The notes: generated by a model from the letters alone, not told the origin. A DNA stretch of 64,000 nucleotides from an uncultured Neisseriaceae bacterium (GCA_946481965.1 CAMLPN010000005.1:301-64300), one strand, 5' to 3'; positions 20,877 through 34,083 are shown, counted from the first letter of the stretch. A program made the numbers and translations.

Positions 20877-21852
20877 AGTGTTTTATAAACTCCACAAATT
20901 GGATTCAGATGTACACTTCACAACCACTTGCAATAAAATTTACTTTTAACCACAGTGTTGATTCTGTCTGAACTAAGCTGTTAATTAGCTCAGGCAAAAC
21001 TTATGTAGTTCAGCTTTTGTTCACGATCATTAATTACTACAACTTTTTTCCTAAACAAACATTAAATATGCCAAATTCATGACATCAATTGGTATTATAT
21101 CAACCTAATTGACATTGTTCTTATTTATTCTTCAAATTTCTTATCTTAAAAGCAGGTTTTTGACTTTAGTCATCTTAATAGATTAAGTAAAAAAATTAAT
21201 TTTTTAATACCATTCTAAAATCTACATTATATTTTTGAATTTACAAAGAAAAATAACCCCACAAAGCTTGTGTTAAAAAACGACACCTGATTCAATTGCA
21301 ATCAAAACTTGATTACGCATATAACAGATATATAGATGTCTGTTAAACTTTGACTTTATAAATTTCGTTGGGAATTCTGTAACAGATAATTCGAATGGAA
21401 AAATCATCCCTCGGTTTTATATCGTTATTATTTAAGTAACCATTCATAGTAAGCATACTTCCAGACTGCTTCGTATTTATCCCAATTTCAGATTAAAATT
21501 TAATATTGCATATTTGTCAAAAATCTCTATTGTATCAATTCTGTCATATAGGGCTATCTCGGCACTAATAAGAATTATCATTGCAAAACTTGTTGTTAAG
21601 TTCTTCTCACCGTTAATATAAAGATTATTATGATAATTAGCTAGTTTGTTTAAATATAAACTCTTTTGGATGAATAAGCATGCTATTGTGATTTACAATT
21701 TTTTTGTCAATATCTTTAAAGCTGGCTATAATTTTTGCATTTGCTAATGCATTTGTTAACAGTCATCTGCTGTTTTAACAATTTAGCTATCCACACTCTT
21801 TTTCAATCTATGATATATATGATTTTAAATCATAATCTGAAAGCAAACATTA

Positions 21853-22818
21853 ATGAAAACTGACAAAGTAGATTATACTGGCAATCATCCAGAAAACAAT
21901 AACAACTGGGAACGCAGTATGCTGGAAAAACTGTTACTGGAAGTATACCGCGAACAACGACGCAATCGTATTTGGCGCTGGGTATGGCGTTTATTATGGA
22001 TTGTTGTCTTTTTGATGTTTATCAATGCTTTAACCAGTACTAAAAGTGAAATGACAGTTAAAGGTAGTCACAGTGCTGTTATTGATTTAACCGGCGTGAT
22101 AGACAATGAAACCAATCAAGCGGATCTGTTGCGTGAAGGTTTAAAAGAGGCTTACAAAGATAAAAATGTCAAAGGTATTATTATTCGTGCCAATAGCCCT
22201 GGCGGATCACCCGCTATTTCCAGTATTGCTTATCAGGAAATTCGTTATCTGAAAACCAAAAATCCAAAAATCCCTGTATATGTTGTTGTTGAGGATATGT
22301 GCGCCTCTGGCTGTTATTACATTGCCAGTGCAGCTGATAAAATCTATGCTGATCAATCCAGTTTAGTTGGCAGTATCGGTGTTGTTGGTAGTAGTTTTGA
22401 TTTTACTGGCCTGATTGATAAACTGGGTATCAAACGACGAGTAAAAATTGCGGGTAACAATAAAGGCATGGGTGATCCATTCGTTCCTGAAACACCAGAA
22501 CAACAACAAATCTGGCAACAAATGCTAACCAGTATCCATAATCAATTTATTAATGCCGTAAAACAAGGTCGTGGAGCACGCTTAAAATATTCACAAAATC
22601 CAGATGTTTTTAGTGGACGTGTATATACGGGAGAAGAAGCCAAAACAGTTGGATTAATTGATGATTTTGGAAACATTTATACCATTTCACGCGATATTAT
22701 TGGCGCACCCCAAATAGTTAATTACACTCCTGATACTAAATGGAGCAAACTTATCGGACGGAAATTTAGTAGCGAGATACAACAAAATCTAGAAAATATG
22801 ACCAATAAACCATGGTAA
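21853..22818 (+). CDS. sppA: S49-family signal peptide peptidase (SppA-like)
   Basis: N-terminal TM, NSPGGS, CASGCYYIA, GSIGV, FSGRVYTG. Confidence 0.88.
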   Translation: MKTDKVDYTGNHPENNNNWERSMLEKLLLEVYREQRRNRIWRWVWRLLWIVVFLMFINALTSTKSEMTVKGSHSAVIDLTGVIDNETNQADLLREGLKEAYKDKNVKGIIIRANSPGGSPAISSIAYQEIRYLKTKNPKIPVYVVVEDMCASGCYYIASAADKIYADQSSLVGSIGVVGSSFDFTGLIDKLGIKRRVKIAGNNKGMGDPFVPETPEQQQIWQQMLTSIHNQFINAVKQGRGARLKYSQNPDVFSGRVYTGEEAKTVGLIDDFGNIYTISRDIIGAPQIVNYTPDTKWSKLIGRKFSSEIQQNLENMTNKPW

Positions 22819-22845
22819 AAAGCTGTCCTCACGGACAGTTTTTTT
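22818..22845 (+). terminator. Rho-independent terminator after sppA
   Basis: CTGTCC-tcac-GGACAG followed by TTTTTTT. Confidence 0.8.
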
Positions 22846-22996
22846 ACCAAAATAACTGGTTCTTTATTAATCAGATTACTTTCTAAATCTTAAATCAAAG
22901 ATATCATAGTTATTATTTAGACCTTTTGGTGCATGACTACTAAACAACATGCACAAGTAAATTTAAATTTTAAATTTAATAACTAGCAAATCGACT

Positions 22997-23320
22997 CTAA
23001 AAATAATTTAAATTTTCCTGCCAGATTGACAGATATAACCAATAAGTTCCAGACAACAGTTCAAACTCTAACCGTTGAATACTAAACAGTATCGACAAAT
23101 GTATCAGCAACTGAGATTTATTTATTAAATAACTTAAGACATGTTTAGTTTCATTTAAGCTAATCAAGATAAAAAATTGAGAAAAAAGATAAATAAAATT
23201 ACCAGCAAAATTTTCTTTGGAAATATAAGTCAAACAGCAAATAAACCTCAATAAAATCTCATTGTTATCAGCAATATCAGCAAACATTTGTAGCAGTGTT
23301 GTATCAGCCTGCGTTATCAT
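22997..23320 (-). CDS. Hypothetical protein or gene remnant
   Basis: 107-codon ATG-started ORF in an AT-rich intergenic region; no motif recognised. Confidence 0.3.
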   Translation of the reverse strand: MITQADTTLLQMFADIADNNEILLRFICCLTYISKENFAGNFIYLFSQFFILISLNETKHVLSYLINKSQLLIHLSILFSIQRLEFELLSGTYWLYLSIWQENLNYF

Positions 23321-23414
23321 ACTCAGGTTAAGAAATTTTCAATCAGATTACTTTGCTCAATCCTTGTTTTAACGAGTATTCAACAAAGTGATTTAATTAA
23401 TTGAAAGTTGATAT

Positions 23415-24920
23415 ATGAATAACAGTGATATACCGCTGCCTAAAGATATTGAACGTCCGGCAGAGACTGTTCTGGTAAATATCACGCCGCAGGAAACCAG
23501 AGTAGCAGTAATTGAAGAAAATACTTTATGCGAAATTCATGTTGAACGAAACAGTGGTCACGGGCTGGTAGGAAATATCTATCTGGGCATAGTTCGGCGT
23601 GTATTACCCGGCATGCAAAGTGCTTTTATTGATATCGGACTGGAACGGGCAGCTTTTTTACATATCGTGGATGTTCTTGAGCAGAGAAAAGATCCGAATT
23701 TAGCATTACGTATCGAACACATGTTGTTTGAAGGTCAATCTATCCTGGTACAGGTAATTAAAGATCCGATAAATACCAAAGGGGCAAGACTATCCACACA
23801 AATATCTTTGGCAGGACGATTCTTAGTTTACCTACCTCAGGATGAGCACATAGGTATCTCGCAGCGCATTGAAAATGAAGAAGAACGCAATCAACTGCGC
23901 GAAAGACTGGAAAATCTACTTCCTAAAGATAGTAATCAGGGATATATCATTCGCACCAGTGCAGAAAGTGCTACAGACAGTGAATTAATGGCTGATATTA
24001 ACTATCTAACCAAACGCTGGCAAAATATACTGCATCTGTCACGCATCAGCCCTCCTGAAACATTGTTGTATCAGGATTTACCGCTAAGTTTACGTGTATT
24101 GCGGGATATGTATAGCGATAACATCAATCACATTATTGTTGATTCAACCATTAATTATGAACGGATGCTGGATTTTGCCAGTCAGTATGCACAGGAGGCA
24201 GCAAGTAAACTGGCATTATACAAAGAGGATTGTCCTTTATTCGAAAAACATGATATTGAAGCAAAAATTAATCAAGCTTTACAGCCAAGAGTAAATCTAA
24301 ATTTTGGTGGTTATATCATCATCGAATCTACTGAAGCCATGACCACCATAGATGTGAATACTGGGGGTTTTGTTGGTGCCAGAAATTTTGAGGATACAAT
24401 CTTTAAAACCAATCTTGAAGCCTGTCATGTGATTGCACGTGAATTGCGATTACGTAATTTGGGTGGCATTATCATTATTGATTTTATTGATATGTTGAAT
24501 GAAGCCCACCAGCAAAAAATACTGGAAGAATTTGCTCAGGCATTAGCCTACGACCGAACACGAGTCACGCTAAATGGTTTCACCAGTTTAGGCCTGATTG
24601 AATTAACCCGTAAACGCACCAGAGAAAATCTAACTCAAATTTTATGTGAACCATGTCCGGTATGCCAGGGTCGCGGTAGGTTAAAAACCGCACAAACCGT
24701 CTGCTATGAAATTCAACGTGAAATCATTCGTGAAGCACGCCGCCTTGATGCACTGGAATTCCGTATACTGGCTGCACCAAGTGTCATTGATTTATTTTTG
24801 GATGAAGAAGCACTATCTTTATCGATGTTAAGTAAGTTTATTGGCAAACCAATATTATTGGCAGTTGAGACCACATATAACCAAGAGCAGTATGATATAG
24901 TGTTGCACACTATAAATTAA
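23415..24920 (+). CDS. rng: Ribonuclease G
   Basis: VNITPQETRVA, IDVNTG, IIDFIDM, CPVCQGRG; no long C-terminal tail. Confidence 0.95.
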   Translation: MNNSDIPLPKDIERPAETVLVNITPQETRVAVIEENTLCEIHVERNSGHGLVGNIYLGIVRRVLPGMQSAFIDIGLERAAFLHIVDVLEQRKDPNLALRIEHMLFEGQSILVQVIKDPINTKGARLSTQISLAGRFLVYLPQDEHIGISQRIENEEERNQLRERLENLLPKDSNQGYIIRTSAESATDSELMADINYLTKRWQNILHLSRISPPETLLYQDLPLSLRVLRDMYSDNINHIIVDSTINYERMLDFASQYAQEAASKLALYKEDCPLFEKHDIEAKINQALQPRVNLNFGGYIIIESTEAMTTIDVNTGGFVGARNFEDTIFKTNLEACHVIARELRLRNLGGIIIIDFIDMLNEAHQQKILEEFAQALAYDRTRVTLNGFTSLGLIELTRKRTRENLTQILCEPCPVCQGRGRLKTAQTVCYEIQREIIREARRLDALEFRILAAPSVIDLFLDEEALSLSMLSKFIGKPILLAVETTYNQEQYDIVLHTIN

Positions 24921-24937
24921 AATTCCACCCAGAACAC

Positions 24938-25732
24938 ATGAATCCACTTAATACAGTGCAGGCTGATAGTCTGTGGCAAACTATTCGTAGAGAAATTGAA
25001 ACAGCGGTCAATAGTGAGGCAATTCTAGCCAGTTTTCTGCATTTAACCGTTTTACGCCACAAAAGCTTTGCGCATATGTTGGCTTTTCATTTGTCTTCGA
25101 AAATGTCTAGTGCGGTTATGGATGCACGTGCATTATATGAAATTTATCTGGAAGCATTACACCAAGATCCAAGTATTATTAGCGCCGCACTGGCCGATAT
25201 TGTTGCTTACTATCAACGCGACCCTGCTTGCGAATCCTATTCACTGCCATTACTGTACTACAAAGGTTTTCATGCTATCCAAACTCACCGAATCAATCAT
25301 TGGCTATGGCAGCAACAACGCCATACTTTAGCCTATTTTTTACAAAACCGTGCCTCTGAAGTATTTGGTGTCGATATCCATCCAGCAGCAGTATTAGGCT
25401 ATGGCATTATGATTGATCATGGTACTGGCGTAGTGATCGGGGAAACCGCAGTATTGGGCAATAATATTTCTTTATTACACGGTGTGACCTTAGGTGGCTC
25501 CGGCAAACAAAGTGGTGACCGACATCCTAAAATCAGTGATGGCGTTATGATTGGGGCTAATGCCTCAGTACTGGGTAATATCCATATACAAACTTGCGCC
25601 AAAATAGGTGCTGGTAGTGTAGTAGTAGAAGATGTACCAGAATATGCAACAGTTGTTGGGGTACCGGCAAAAGTCATTAGCACGGCAGTAAAGTGTAAAA
25701 CACCTGCGCAGGAAATGGATCAACGAATTTAA
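24938..25732 (+). CDS. cysE: Serine O-acetyltransferase
   Basis: RDPAC, KGFHAIQ, VDIHPAA, IDHGTG, RHPKI and hexapeptide repeats. Confidence 0.95.
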   Translation: MNPLNTVQADSLWQTIRREIETAVNSEAILASFLHLTVLRHKSFAHMLAFHLSSKMSSAVMDARALYEIYLEALHQDPSIISAALADIVAYYQRDPACESYSLPLLYYKGFHAIQTHRINHWLWQQQRHTLAYFLQNRASEVFGVDIHPAAVLGYGIMIDHGTGVVIGETAVLGNNISLLHGVTLGGSGKQSGDRHPKISDGVMIGANASVLGNIHIQTCAKIGAGSVVVEDVPEYATVVGVPAKVISTAVKCKTPAQEMDQRI

Positions 25733-26016
25733 ATTAATTACTGCACAGGTAAAACATTTCAACCCAATCATATCTGCAGATAATTAAAATTCGAAGAAAT
25801 CTAAATATTTACATCAGCAATAATTCAATTAGACCACAAAATTGAAAAGTCTAACCAAATAAATTTTCTTTATTTACCAAATTTGAACATGAGTAGGTTC
25901 AATTAATTTATCTATAATCATTCTATATCGTTAAACTATTTCATGTATACAATACCTTAGAAAATCTAATAGGATATTACAAAATTTATTGAAATAAAAT
26001 TTTAAAGCGATAATAT

Positions 26017-26361
26017 TTATAATAAGCTTTTTAGTTTTTGCCATTCATATTTAAACCTAAACTTAAGATAAAAAGCAAAAATGCGCATTCTGATTTTATT
26101 AATAGGGCGATTTTCGTTTTTTTTGATGACATTAATTGCACTTATTAACTCATCTCTATCAAAACATGTCCAAACTGGAGGAATAGGTCCGGTCAAATTG
26201 TAGTGACAAGTAGGTGCCACATAATAAAATAAAACATGTTCAACATAAGATATTGGAAATAATTTGGCTACAGAGGCAATATGGTTATAATCTACTTCGT
26301 TATCAACGAATAGATCTGAAAGAGCATAATAAAGATCTTCTTCATTTAAAGCATATTCCAC
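26017..26361 (-). CDS. Small immunity-like protein (resembles DUF7079)
   Basis: ALSDLFVDNEVDY..IA, YVAPTCHYNL, W..FD.DEL pattern recalled for DUF7079; AT-rich orphan gene. Confidence 0.65.
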   Translation of the reverse strand: MEYALNEEDLYYALSDLFVDNEVDYNHIASVAKLFPISYVEHVLFYYVAPTCHYNLTGPIPPVWTCFDRDELISAINVIKKNENRPINKIRMRIFAFYLKFRFKYEWQKLKSLL

Positions 26362-26661
26362 TCAGTAAACTCCATTTATTCATTTTATTAGTATTTAAGC
26401 AAAAATAATTTAAATTGTCATTTTAATATTTAGCAAAATACAAATTAATTGATAAACAATATTGTGATATATTTTAGAAATTGGAAAACCATTAGATAAA
26501 GAAATTTAATTATTTAAATTATATATTTTTAAATATTAAGTGATAGATAATTAAAACAATCTTAAAAAGAAAAAATTGTGCCAGATAATAAAATGAGAAG
26601 ATATATAAGTTGAACGACAGATATTAAAAAACGCAAACCTTATAAAAAATTTGCGAAAGTG

Positions 26662-26738
26662 TGGTGGCGAATCAGGGATTCGAACCCCGGACACAAGGAT
26701 TATGATTCCTCTGCTCTAACCGACTGAGCTAATTCGCC
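26662..26738 (-). tRNA. tRNA-Met(CAT), probably elongator
   Basis: GGCGAATTAGCTCAGTCGGTTAGAGCAGAGGAAT-CAT-AATCCTTGTGTCCGGGGTTCGAATCCCTGATTCGCCACCA; paired G1, no initiator features, lacks the C4/C5 acceptor pattern of tRNA-Ile2. Confidence 0.92.
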
Positions 26739-26979
26739 ATGTCTCGTCCTTAAGAGAGAGGGAATTATACAATATTTTTCTATTTCTGCAAGCATATTTT
26801 GCAAAGAATATTTATTTATCTGTTTTAAAATAAATTTTTGTTTTTAAATTATTGAGAAATTTAGCTGTGCATGAACGAATCGCTGAATTCATTCTTCGTT
26901 AAGTATCCGTCATGGGTAAACAAACTCTTTGTGGTACAATTGCGCCATTTTGTAAATTAGCCAAATTCTAAGGAATATC

Positions 26980-28071
26980 ATGAGTTTGAAATGTGGTATT
27001 GTCGGTTTACCCAATGTTGGTAAATCCACATTGTTTAACGCCCTCACCCGATCTGGTATTGAAGCTGCTAACTATCCGTTTTGCACAATTGAGCCCAATG
27101 TAGGTATCGTAGAAGTACCAGATGCACGCATGGATGCATTATCGAAAATTGTTAATCCCAAAAGAACACAACCAGCTATTGTAGAATTTGTTGATATTGC
27201 TGGCCTAGTGGCTGGCGCCAGTAAAGGCGAAGGCTTAGGCAACCAGTTTTTAGCCAATATTCGTGAAACCGATGCCATTGTTAATGTAGTGCGTTGCTTC
27301 GACGATGAAAACATAGTCCATGTATCCGGTAAGGTGGATCCAATTGCCGATATTGAAGTGATTGGCACTGAGCTGGCCTTAGCTGACCTGGCTAGTGTGG
27401 AAAAAGCTATAATCCGTGAAACTAAACGGGCAAAATCTGGTGATAAAGAAGCTCAAAAATTAGTTTCAATACTGGAGCGCTTGCAACAGCATTTACTAGA
27501 AGGTAAACCAGTACGTTCGGCAACACTGGATCAGGACGAATTAAATCTGATCAAACCATTATGCCTGCTGACTGTTAAGCCAGCTATGTATGTGGCCAAT
27601 GTGGCTGAAAATGGCTTTGAAGATAATCCACATTTGCAACGCTTGCAAGAATTGGCAGAACGTGAAAATGCACCGGTTGTAGCTTTATGTGCAGCAATGG
27701 AAAGTGAAATTGCTGATCTGGATGATGCTGATAAAGTGGAATTTTTACAAGAAATGGGATTAGCAGAACCAGGCTTGAATCGATTAATTCGCGCGGGTTA
27801 TGATCTGCTTGGTTTACAAACTTATTTCACTGCTGGCGTACAGGAAGTCAGAGCATGGACTATCCATAAAGGAGATACTGCTCCTCAGGCCGCTGGAGTT
27901 ATTCATACCGACTTTGAACGAGGATTTATTCGCGCTCAAGTGATTTCTTATGAAGATTTTATCTCCTTTGGCGGCGAGGCCAAAGCCAAAGAGGCGGGTA
28001 AAATGCGCGCAGAAGGTAAAGAATATATTGTTAAAGACGGTGATGTTATTCACTTCTTATTTAATGTTTAA
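26980..28071 (+). CDS. ychF: Redox-regulated ATPase YchF
   Basis: [30 protein letters not shown] domain [10 protein letters not shown]. Confidence 0.97.
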   Translation: MSLKCGIVGLPNVGKSTLFNALTRSGIEAANYPFCTIEPNVGIVEVPDARMDALSKIVNPKRTQPAIVEFVDIAGLVAGASKGEGLGNQFLANIRETDAIVNVVRCFDDENIVHVSGKVDPIADIEVIGTELALADLASVEKAIIRETKRAKSGDKEAQKLVSILERLQQHLLEGKPVRSATLDQDELNLIKPLCLLTVKPAMYVANVAENGFEDNPHLQRLQELAERENAPVVALCAAMESEIADLDDADKVEFLQEMGLAEPGLNRLIRAGYDLLGLQTYFTAGVQEVRAWTIHKGDTAPQAAGVIHTDFERGFIRAQVISYEDFISFGGEAKAKEAGKMRAEGKEYIVKDGDVIHFLFNV

Positions 28072-28088
28072 ATAACAATTTATTTCTC

Positions 28089-28121
28089 AAGCAACAGTAA
28101 AATCATTACTGTTGCTTTTTC
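28089..28121 (+). terminator. Terminator after ychF
   Basis: AAGCAACAGTAA-aatca-TTACTGTTGCTTTTT. Confidence 0.8.
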
Positions 28122-28477
28122 TATTTTATATTATTCAAAATAAAATCAGTCACAATCATCTGTACGTGAGTTAATATTCAGATAGTATACAATTATTTAG
28201 TCTAAATTAATGATTTTGGCCAAACTAATGACCATAACAAAATCAACGTTTGATCAACTATGCAAACATTAGAATGAGTAATATGCTGGTTGGAACGCAG
28301 CATAAGCAAACAATTCGTGTAAAATGGTGCATAATTACCGTTTTAGGTCGCGAAAATATCCACTAATTTCAGTTGTGTTATCGCTATTCAGATTAGAGGT
28401 TTTAATTTTTGCAATTACTTTATTTAGGATAGTTTCCTAATTATTATTAATTTAATCAGAGAACACAAAGTTTAATC

Positions 28478-29743
28478 ATGATCAGTATTATCCACGATTT
28501 ACAGCAGCGTGGTTTAATTGCCCAAACAACCGATGCTAACGCCCTTGATAACTTATTAAAAGAACAGAAAATCACTCTTTACTGCGGTTTTGATCCGACT
28601 GCGGACAGCCTGCATATTGGTCATCTTCTGCCGATTCTGGTATTGCGACGATTTCAACTCAAGGGTCATACGCCAATAGCCCTAGTTGGCGGAGCAACCG
28701 GTATGATTGGTGATCCAAGTTTTAAAGCACAGGAGCGTTCCCTGAATACACTGGAAACCGTACAAGAATGGGTAAACAAAATACGTTCTCAACTTGAGCC
28801 GTTTTTGAGTTTTAACGGTGACAATGCTGCAATTATGGCCAATAACTATGATTGGTTTGGCAGGATGAATTGTTTGGATTTTTTACGCGACATTGGCAAA
28901 CATTTTTCTGTCAACAGCATGCTGAATAAAGAATCCGTAAAACAGCGTCTGAGCCGTGATGATGTCGGTATTTCCTTTACTGAATTTGCTTATGCCCTAT
29001 TACAAGGTTATGACTTTGCCCAATTACATCAACGTCATGGTGCTGTTCTACAAATCGGAGGGTCTGACCAATGGGGCAATATTACCGGAGGCATTGATCT
29101 AACCAGACGACTACATCAGGCAACTGTATATGGTTTGACCTTACCATTGGTAACCAAAGCTGATGGGACGAAATTTGGTAAAACTGAAGGTGGCGCAGTC
29201 TGGTTGAGTGCACAAAAAACCTCTCCTTATCAGTTTTACCAGTTTTGGTTAAAAGTTGCTGATGCTGATGTTTATAAATTCCTTAAATACTTTACGTTCC
29301 TGAGTGTCACAGAAATTGATGCCATTGAAGCCCGCGATCAAGCCAGTGGCAGCAAGCCAGAAGCACAACGGATTCTGGCTGAAGAAATGACTCGTTTAAT
29401 ACATGGAGAAGAAGCTTTGGCTGCTGCTCAACGCATATCTGCCAGCCTCTTTTCTGAAGATCAGAGTGCATTAACTGAAAGTGACTTCCAACAATTATCA
29501 CTTGATGGTTTACCTACTTTCCCGATTACGGAATCTGCCAATATTGTTCAGGCTTTAACAACTGCTGAACTGGCTAAATCGAATAATGAAGCACGCGGAT
29601 TTATTAGTCAGGGCGCAGTTATCGTAAATGGCAAAAAAGTCGATAGTGCTGATTATCAATTTACCAATAACGATAAACGTTTTGATCGATACACCATATT
29701 GCGACGAGGTAAACGCAACCATGCCTTATTGGTATGGTCATAA
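28478..29743 (+). CDS. tyrS: Tyrosine--tRNA ligase
   Basis: [29 protein letters not shown]-terminal S4 domain. Confidence 0.97.
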   Translation: MISIIHDLQQRGLIAQTTDANALDNLLKEQKITLYCGFDPTADSLHIGHLLPILVLRRFQLKGHTPIALVGGATGMIGDPSFKAQERSLNTLETVQEWVNKIRSQLEPFLSFNGDNAAIMANNYDWFGRMNCLDFLRDIGKHFSVNSMLNKESVKQRLSRDDVGISFTEFAYALLQGYDFAQLHQRHGAVLQIGGSDQWGNITGGIDLTRRLHQATVYGLTLPLVTKADGTKFGKTEGGAVWLSAQKTSPYQFYQFWLKVADADVYKFLKYFTFLSVTEIDAIEARDQASGSKPEAQRILAEEMTRLIHGEEALAAAQRISASLFSEDQSALTESDFQQLSLDGLPTFPITESANIVQALTTAELAKSNNEARGFISQGAVIVNGKKVDSADYQFTNNDKRFDRYTILRRGKRNHALLVWS

Positions 29744-29766
29744 ATATATTCAGTTTTTGCATTTAG

Positions 29767-31134
<1,368 letters not shown>

Positions 31135-31150
31135 AATTATATTATTTTAG

Positions 31151-31185
31151 AACCGGATAATACTAATTTATTATCCGGTTTTTTT
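31151..31185 (+). terminator. Terminator after argG
   Basis: AACCGGATAAT...ATTATCCGGTTTTTT. Confidence 0.8.
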
Positions 31186-31225
31186 ATTTACTCACATAAT
31201 GAATTGCAACAATAAATAATACGAT

Positions 31226-31456
31226 TTAATTACTTATCAAAGAACAAACCCTATCTATAGTATCCCCGGCTGAACCTGAGTCAGCATATGTTAAATGATC
31301 ATCAGGTCCTAAAATCCATGCCTCTTCAATACTATTTCCTTCTTCTGGATAACGCGAACTGTGCTCCTCACAGTTAATTTCTTTTTTACTAGAGCTTGTT
31401 CCGCAAACTCCTACTTGTTGCGGAACAGCTTCAACCAACCCATCGGGCTTTTTATA
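31226..31456 (-). pseudogene. Orphan C-terminal fragment of an unknown gene
   Basis: Open frame YKKPDGLVEAVPQQ...EEAWILGPDDHLTYADSGSAGDTIDRVCSLISN with no convincing start or RBS. Confidence 0.35.
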
Positions 31457-31559
31457 TTGTTATAAGAAAGAATATTTGTTAATTCATCCTTTTTTGGAAT
31501 GAGAAGAAATATAGAATTTTTCAAAGATAACTAATAGAAAAATAAAATTATTGTTATCT

Positions 31560-32640
31560 TTATTTTTCTACCCATATTAAATATTGTGATCAGCACAGGT
31601 CAAATTTGTACTCAATTTTAACTGAAAGGGTTCTATACTGATCTGACGCACGTTGTGCTAATGCGATAGCTGATTGTTTATCTTGCACATGCCATAACAT
31701 GGTTCTTACGCCCTGATAAAAGGTATTTTGACAATAAATACCCTGTTTATTAAATCGTAGAGCTGGATTAATAGTATCTTCTAGTTCATAAATCAAAGAT
31801 AAATTTTCTTTTCTATCCACATCGGCTGTTATAGTTAAAGCATAGCAATAATTGAAATCACCTACTAACACATCGGCTTTCTCAATTCTTTGCACAAGTC
31901 TTTTGTTATCAGGATCATTTTGATCACTGATTTCAAATTCATTCCATCTATCTTCTTTATCAGAAAGAGGAAAAATACCTGTATGCTTTAATTTATTTGG
32001 CCATAACTGATCAAACACCGTTACAAATTCATTAAGAGGTCCTGCGGTTGCCTCTTTTGGAATTTCTAAAAAGTTGGCACTTCCAATTTTAATAGCAAAA
32101 TCATATTCTCCTGATGCATGATCAAGCAAGATAAACGCAGTCGACTGGGCGATTTGCTTCATCTCTTCAGGAATAGTTTTACCAAACGCAATTTCCAAAG
32201 AGATTTTACGATATTCTTCATGATGATAAATCAATAAATCAGCCGGACTCAATGAAAGAGAATGATCATGATGCGTTATAGAGAATGCATCCAGATTTTC
32301 AACCCGCGTCCTAAATGCTTCTATTTCAAAAAAATTCAGATCCGGTGCCTGTTTAACGATTCGTATCACCAGCTCAAACTGCTCAATTCGGCCTTCAGCC
32401 GTAAAAATTATTTTATGATTTTTTATATCTCCTCGTGTAAGCTCAGCAATAACATTTAATTGATTATCTATTAAAAGATTATTGAGATTTTCCATGATAG
32501 AGATTGGCTCTAGCGTATTAAATGTCTGCTCAGATGCTTTTACCTGTGTCCAATGTTTGAATAGCAAGAGATATTTTATCTGGAGCGATTGGTTTATCTT
32601 GTACCGATTGAATATCAGAATTTGATTTTTTCTCCAGAAT
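31560..32640 (-). pseudogene. DUF695-family protein, decaying at both ends
   Basis: IIFTAEG, APDL..FEIEAFR, LLDHASGEYD pattern; premature TGA at 31590 with SQYLIWVEK* continuing in frame; no ATG after the AAGGGGG RBS and a likely shifted N-terminal segment. Confidence 0.65.
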
Positions 32641-33203
32641 TTACCCCCTTAATAGATTAATAAAACCCTATCAAATAAGTACCTGAGTATAAGTGAAAAA
32701 TCAGTCATATAATTCATTTATCATAGTTTTTATGGTATAAATCAGATTATAAATAAATTATCATTTATACAGTATCTTAATGATGAATGATAATTTATAA
32801 CATATAAAAAAACTTATAGTTGAATGAATTCAATCCATAAAAAGAGCAAAATAATGCAGATGAATACGAAATTTTTAATACTATGAAAGTATAAACACAT
32901 ATTTTGACAGGCTTAGCACCGCCTATACTTTGACATAGCAGTATAATAACTTGATATAGTTTCTGGAGTTATTTTATGGCATATAAAATTATTTTTATTA
33001 TGAAAAGAATTGATTATTATAAAGTGTATATATTAGGATTGCCTAAAGAAACTATGGTATTGTATAAACATAATACAATAAATTATTTTTATAAATAATT
33101 AATAATATCAATATATTCTCTAATAAATATGATTGATTCAGTCCTAATAAAATCAGTAGATATTAATATTAATTCAGATAAGCAGATACAAACGGAAAAT
33201 ATA

Positions 33204-33880
33204 ATGAAGATATATGATTGTTTTGAACATAATGGTTATGCTGTTATCAATGATTTAATTACTCCTCAGCAACTAACAGATATAGAACAACAATTAGAAC
33301 AGATTGATTTAACTACTATCGGCAGTCGTGAATTTCTGACACAACCATGGTGTTCAGATAGTTGCTAACAATTTGAAATTAATGCTCAGCTTACTTCCTT
33401 GCTCCCAATAAACCCAATGCTATCCAATGCACATTATTCAAAAAATCAGCTGATAAAAACTGGATGGTACCTTTACATCATGATTTAAGCATAGCAGTCA
33501 GACATCAGTTTTCTGATCCTCAATTTACCGGCTGGCCACATAACCAAAATATGTTATTTGTACAACCGCAGACACAATATATGCAGCAACTGGTAGCTGT
33601 GAGGCTACTTATAGATGATTACCAGCGCGAGCGTGGTCCGCTTAAAGTAGTTGCCGGTACTCATCAGTATGGAAGAATCAATGAATCAACGCTACCACAG
33701 CTTCGAGACCAAAAAGGCGAGCAGGAATGCACTCTGTTTAAAGGAGGAGCTGTTATCATGCGACCACTTATTGTGCATTCTTCGTCAAAAGCTATTCAGA
33801 CTAATGGCAGACGTGTACTACACTTTTTATATGCGCCCGGAGATTTGGCTGAAATTATTCCTTTTCAATTCTGTATTTGA
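33204..33880 (+). pseudogene. PhyH-family (phytanoyl-CoA dioxygenase-like) Fe(II)/2OG oxygenase, disrupted
   Basis: FEHNGYAVI start; in-frame TAA at 33366-33368 and a frameshift near 33420; then WMVPLHHD, GPLKVVAGTH, HSSSK, RRVLH. Confidence 0.8.
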
Positions 33881-34083
33881 TTCTCTCAGCAGAACTATTC
33901 AGGATTCATATATAAAACTAATCTCAAAAACAAATACTATTAATTTTTATAATAAATTTAATCTATTGAAAGCAAAAATACATATTTATTATTCATTAAA
34001 TCAAATACGTTTAATTACTTCACTTATTTGATAAATAATTTGATTATATCCTCCATCAAGCAGATATCTGGAGTTTATCAATA

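Noticed and set aside
32976-33098. 40-codon ORF MAYKIIFIMKRIDYY... with a GGAG RBS, superficially like a RelE N-terminus
   Set aside because: Too short, lacks the remaining RelE motifs and has no antitoxin partner
33651-34031. 126-aa plus-strand ORF overlapping the PhyH fragment
   Set aside because: Alternate frame of the dioxygenase followed by AT-rich low-complexity sequence
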